Source: Magallana gigas
Lineage: Eukaryota
Assembly (NCBI RefSeq): GCF_963853765.1
Contig: NC_088858.1
Coordinates: 47,802,001-47,866,000 of the forward strand
Length of the DNA: 64,000 nucleotides
Direction: 5' to 3'
Part shown: in pieces, positions 61,914-64,000 of the stretch
Position numbering within the stretch: position 1 is the first letter of the stretch
Layout: each line of letters begins with the position of its first letter
Made by a program: the position numbers and the translations under genes
The notes under the pieces: model-generated
What the model was told of the DNA's origin: nothing
The model's database searches: none
The model's input: the letters and a program-made list of their open reading frames with translations, nothing else

Positions 61914-63778
61914 TCAACTGTCCTTCAAAGCACTGGCCCACTGGTCTGATGACGGTTCCGCCGGGGTCACAAAGTGGGTGGGTATCCGAGTGCCTCCTGG
62001 GGCATTGTCAGGTACGACAAATCTGTCCCAGTCACATCTATCAAAGCAAGCACAACTTGGTCTTTACTTTGTATACACACACAAGCATAAGGCAGACATT
62101 ATACATACACACAAATGTTTAAAGGTCCTAATCTTTACTGTACATGTAATGTCAAATCTATTATATATATTTTGTTTTGTGTCTTAACTTTTCACAAGTA
62201 TTTCAGCATTTTGGAATAAAAATTGTTCATTTACAGATTTGCAATTTACAAATAAAAGAAGCACTAATGATTTTAAAGCCTGATAAAGTCCTCAGGCTGT
62301 GGTTAGTTTTTGTTTTTAATAATTACCGGATTTGAATGAATGAGTCGTAATTGTAGTTAGCCTGATCGTAATACTGGTAAAACGGCAGCATCGGGTCCCC
62401 TCCAGAAAAGCTCTCTATAGAAATAATCAAACAAGTTTTTACACCTTATCTAATACGTGTTCATTTAAAAAATAAAAATGTATCAAAATCAATTTTTGTT
62501 TTTTTATGTTCAAGTACATGTATTAATTTTAAGGAATAGAGAATATAATTTTCAGAGACACCAATACATGTAAATGACAAGTTGACATGACAACATACAG
62601 CTCTGAAAATTAAACATAAGTATCTGACAAGTAGTATGAAACCATAGAAAACTTTACATGCATCTATATTGAAGAAAAAATGAGTACTTTTGATTTCAGT
62701 ATGATGAATAAATATATGATTCATTCTTACCAGACTTCCCAAACAGAATTTCCTCTGTTCTCTTGTTTTCCCGTTCCTTTTTCAATTTGTTCAATTTCTC
62801 CTGTTGCTCTCTTTCTTTCTCCTTACTTTCTTCATGTTCAGTTTCCAGCATTACCTAAAAAATATCCATAAAGATATACAACAATCATATCGTAAAATCA
62901 AACTACAAGATATCTGTCCAGTACACAACATCTTTTTTATTTCAGGTTTTGTATTTAACTAAGAAAACTGTGCAAAGTTCCTCACCCGTAAGGCCCTCTC
63001 TTCAGCTAAATAAATGTCCTTTTGTTTCTTCATTGTTTCAAACTGTTCATCCATAACTTCTTTAAACTTCTCATCACTAGCAGGGTTTGTGTGGACACCT
63101 GTTATAAGAGGCAAATAACAAATGCTACTGCAAATTCCAAATAAAAGTCAAGGAATTAATATCCATGTCATATAGTAAGAAGCACCCCTAAAAAATTTAA
63201 AAGTCTCGCTTTCTGTTTTTTCCAACAGTTGCTATCTAGTATATGCAATATCAATCAATTTTCATCACTTGGGATTTCATGCAAAACACTAACGACAGCA
63301 TATTCGTAGTTCTAATTAAGTTTTAGCATAAAAACCTACAGTAAATACATGTTTTTCACCATGATTAAGCAATGCATGTTGTTATTTTTTATGAATAAAT
63401 TGAAATTTATTTCTTATGCATGAATCTGATCTTCTGTGTGATGAAAATTCTACATGTTCCAAATATGACAGAATGAATAAAATGCATATTATATTGATCT
63501 AAGACCCCTAGATCTTGCACTAGTGTACAACAATATTATGATCATGAACGATAAAATTTAATCATGAGGCTATACACTCCAATTCTTAAATTCACACAAC
63601 ATATTATGTACATATTTGACAGAGGGAAATAAATCTCACCCTGTTGTTTGAGTCTGTCGCTTCGTAATTTGCGAAGCTTCTGGATTCCTTTTAATAAGTC
63701 CATGGTTTTTGTTACATCATTTATCTTCTTTCGGACTTCGTTCAGTATGGCATCTGCTGATTTCTTCAATTCCCTGGC
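61914..63778 (-). CDS. PDCD7: Programmed cell death protein 7 (U11/U12 snRNP 59K), last five exons; 5' part outside the window
   Basis: Minus-strand exons 63778-63640, 63098-62986, 62854-62731, 62414-62327 and 62037-61914 with continuous phase. The translation (ELKKSADAILNEVRKK..LRKLR..AEERALRVMLE..PFYQYY.QA..IQIRCDWDRFVVP..P..W) matches the known PDCD7 C-terminus. Confidence 0.9.
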
Positions 63779-64000
63779 CTGTAATGATAACAATTTATTT
63801 TCATGTACATATTTTGAAGTACACATTTAATAAAGAACCTGTTCACTTTTATTTCATTAACTAAGAAAGACAACTCTCTATATATTGAGAAGTTTAGAAC
63901 TAAAAGGGCGAATAAAAAAAGGGGGAAAACTATTTCCCTGTATAAAGTATCTTCTCCACTTATGTTTCCAATAACATCTACAAAACTATATCGATTTACA

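Overview
AT-rich eukaryotic DNA with GT-AG introns, most likely from a bivalve; an oyster (Ostreidae) is inferred from the repeat families. Genes from left to right: three tandem rhodopsin-class orphan GPCR paralogs (+) with intronless CDS; an 8-exon MED6 (-); an MTRR (methionine synthase reductase, -) whose 732-codon CDS has no intron; a 13-exon transmembrane collagen/olfactomedin gene (colmedin/gliomedin-like, -) with a run of 18-27 nt collagen microexons and a candidate second first exon encoding another TM helix plus furin site; a 6-exon secreted, probably GPI-anchored serine beta-lactamase/PBP-like gene (+) with a defective intron-1 acceptor; and the last five exons of PDCD7 (-), whose stop lies 46 bp from the lactamase stop. 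Intron 3 of the lactamase-like gene (13.7 kb) holds a nested set of transposons. A Helentron-type HINE with a ~166-bp satellite array is interrupted at TTAA by an 8.2-kb TIR-bounded piggyBac. The piggyBac transposase is split by six spliceosomal introns, and its C-terminal Cys-rich domain is cut by a second HINE carrying a 180-bp array. The window also has MITEs, perfect hairpins, a SINE, minisatellites and a 156-N gap. Exon models were derived by hand from splice sites, phase continuity and remembered family motifs; no database search was run.
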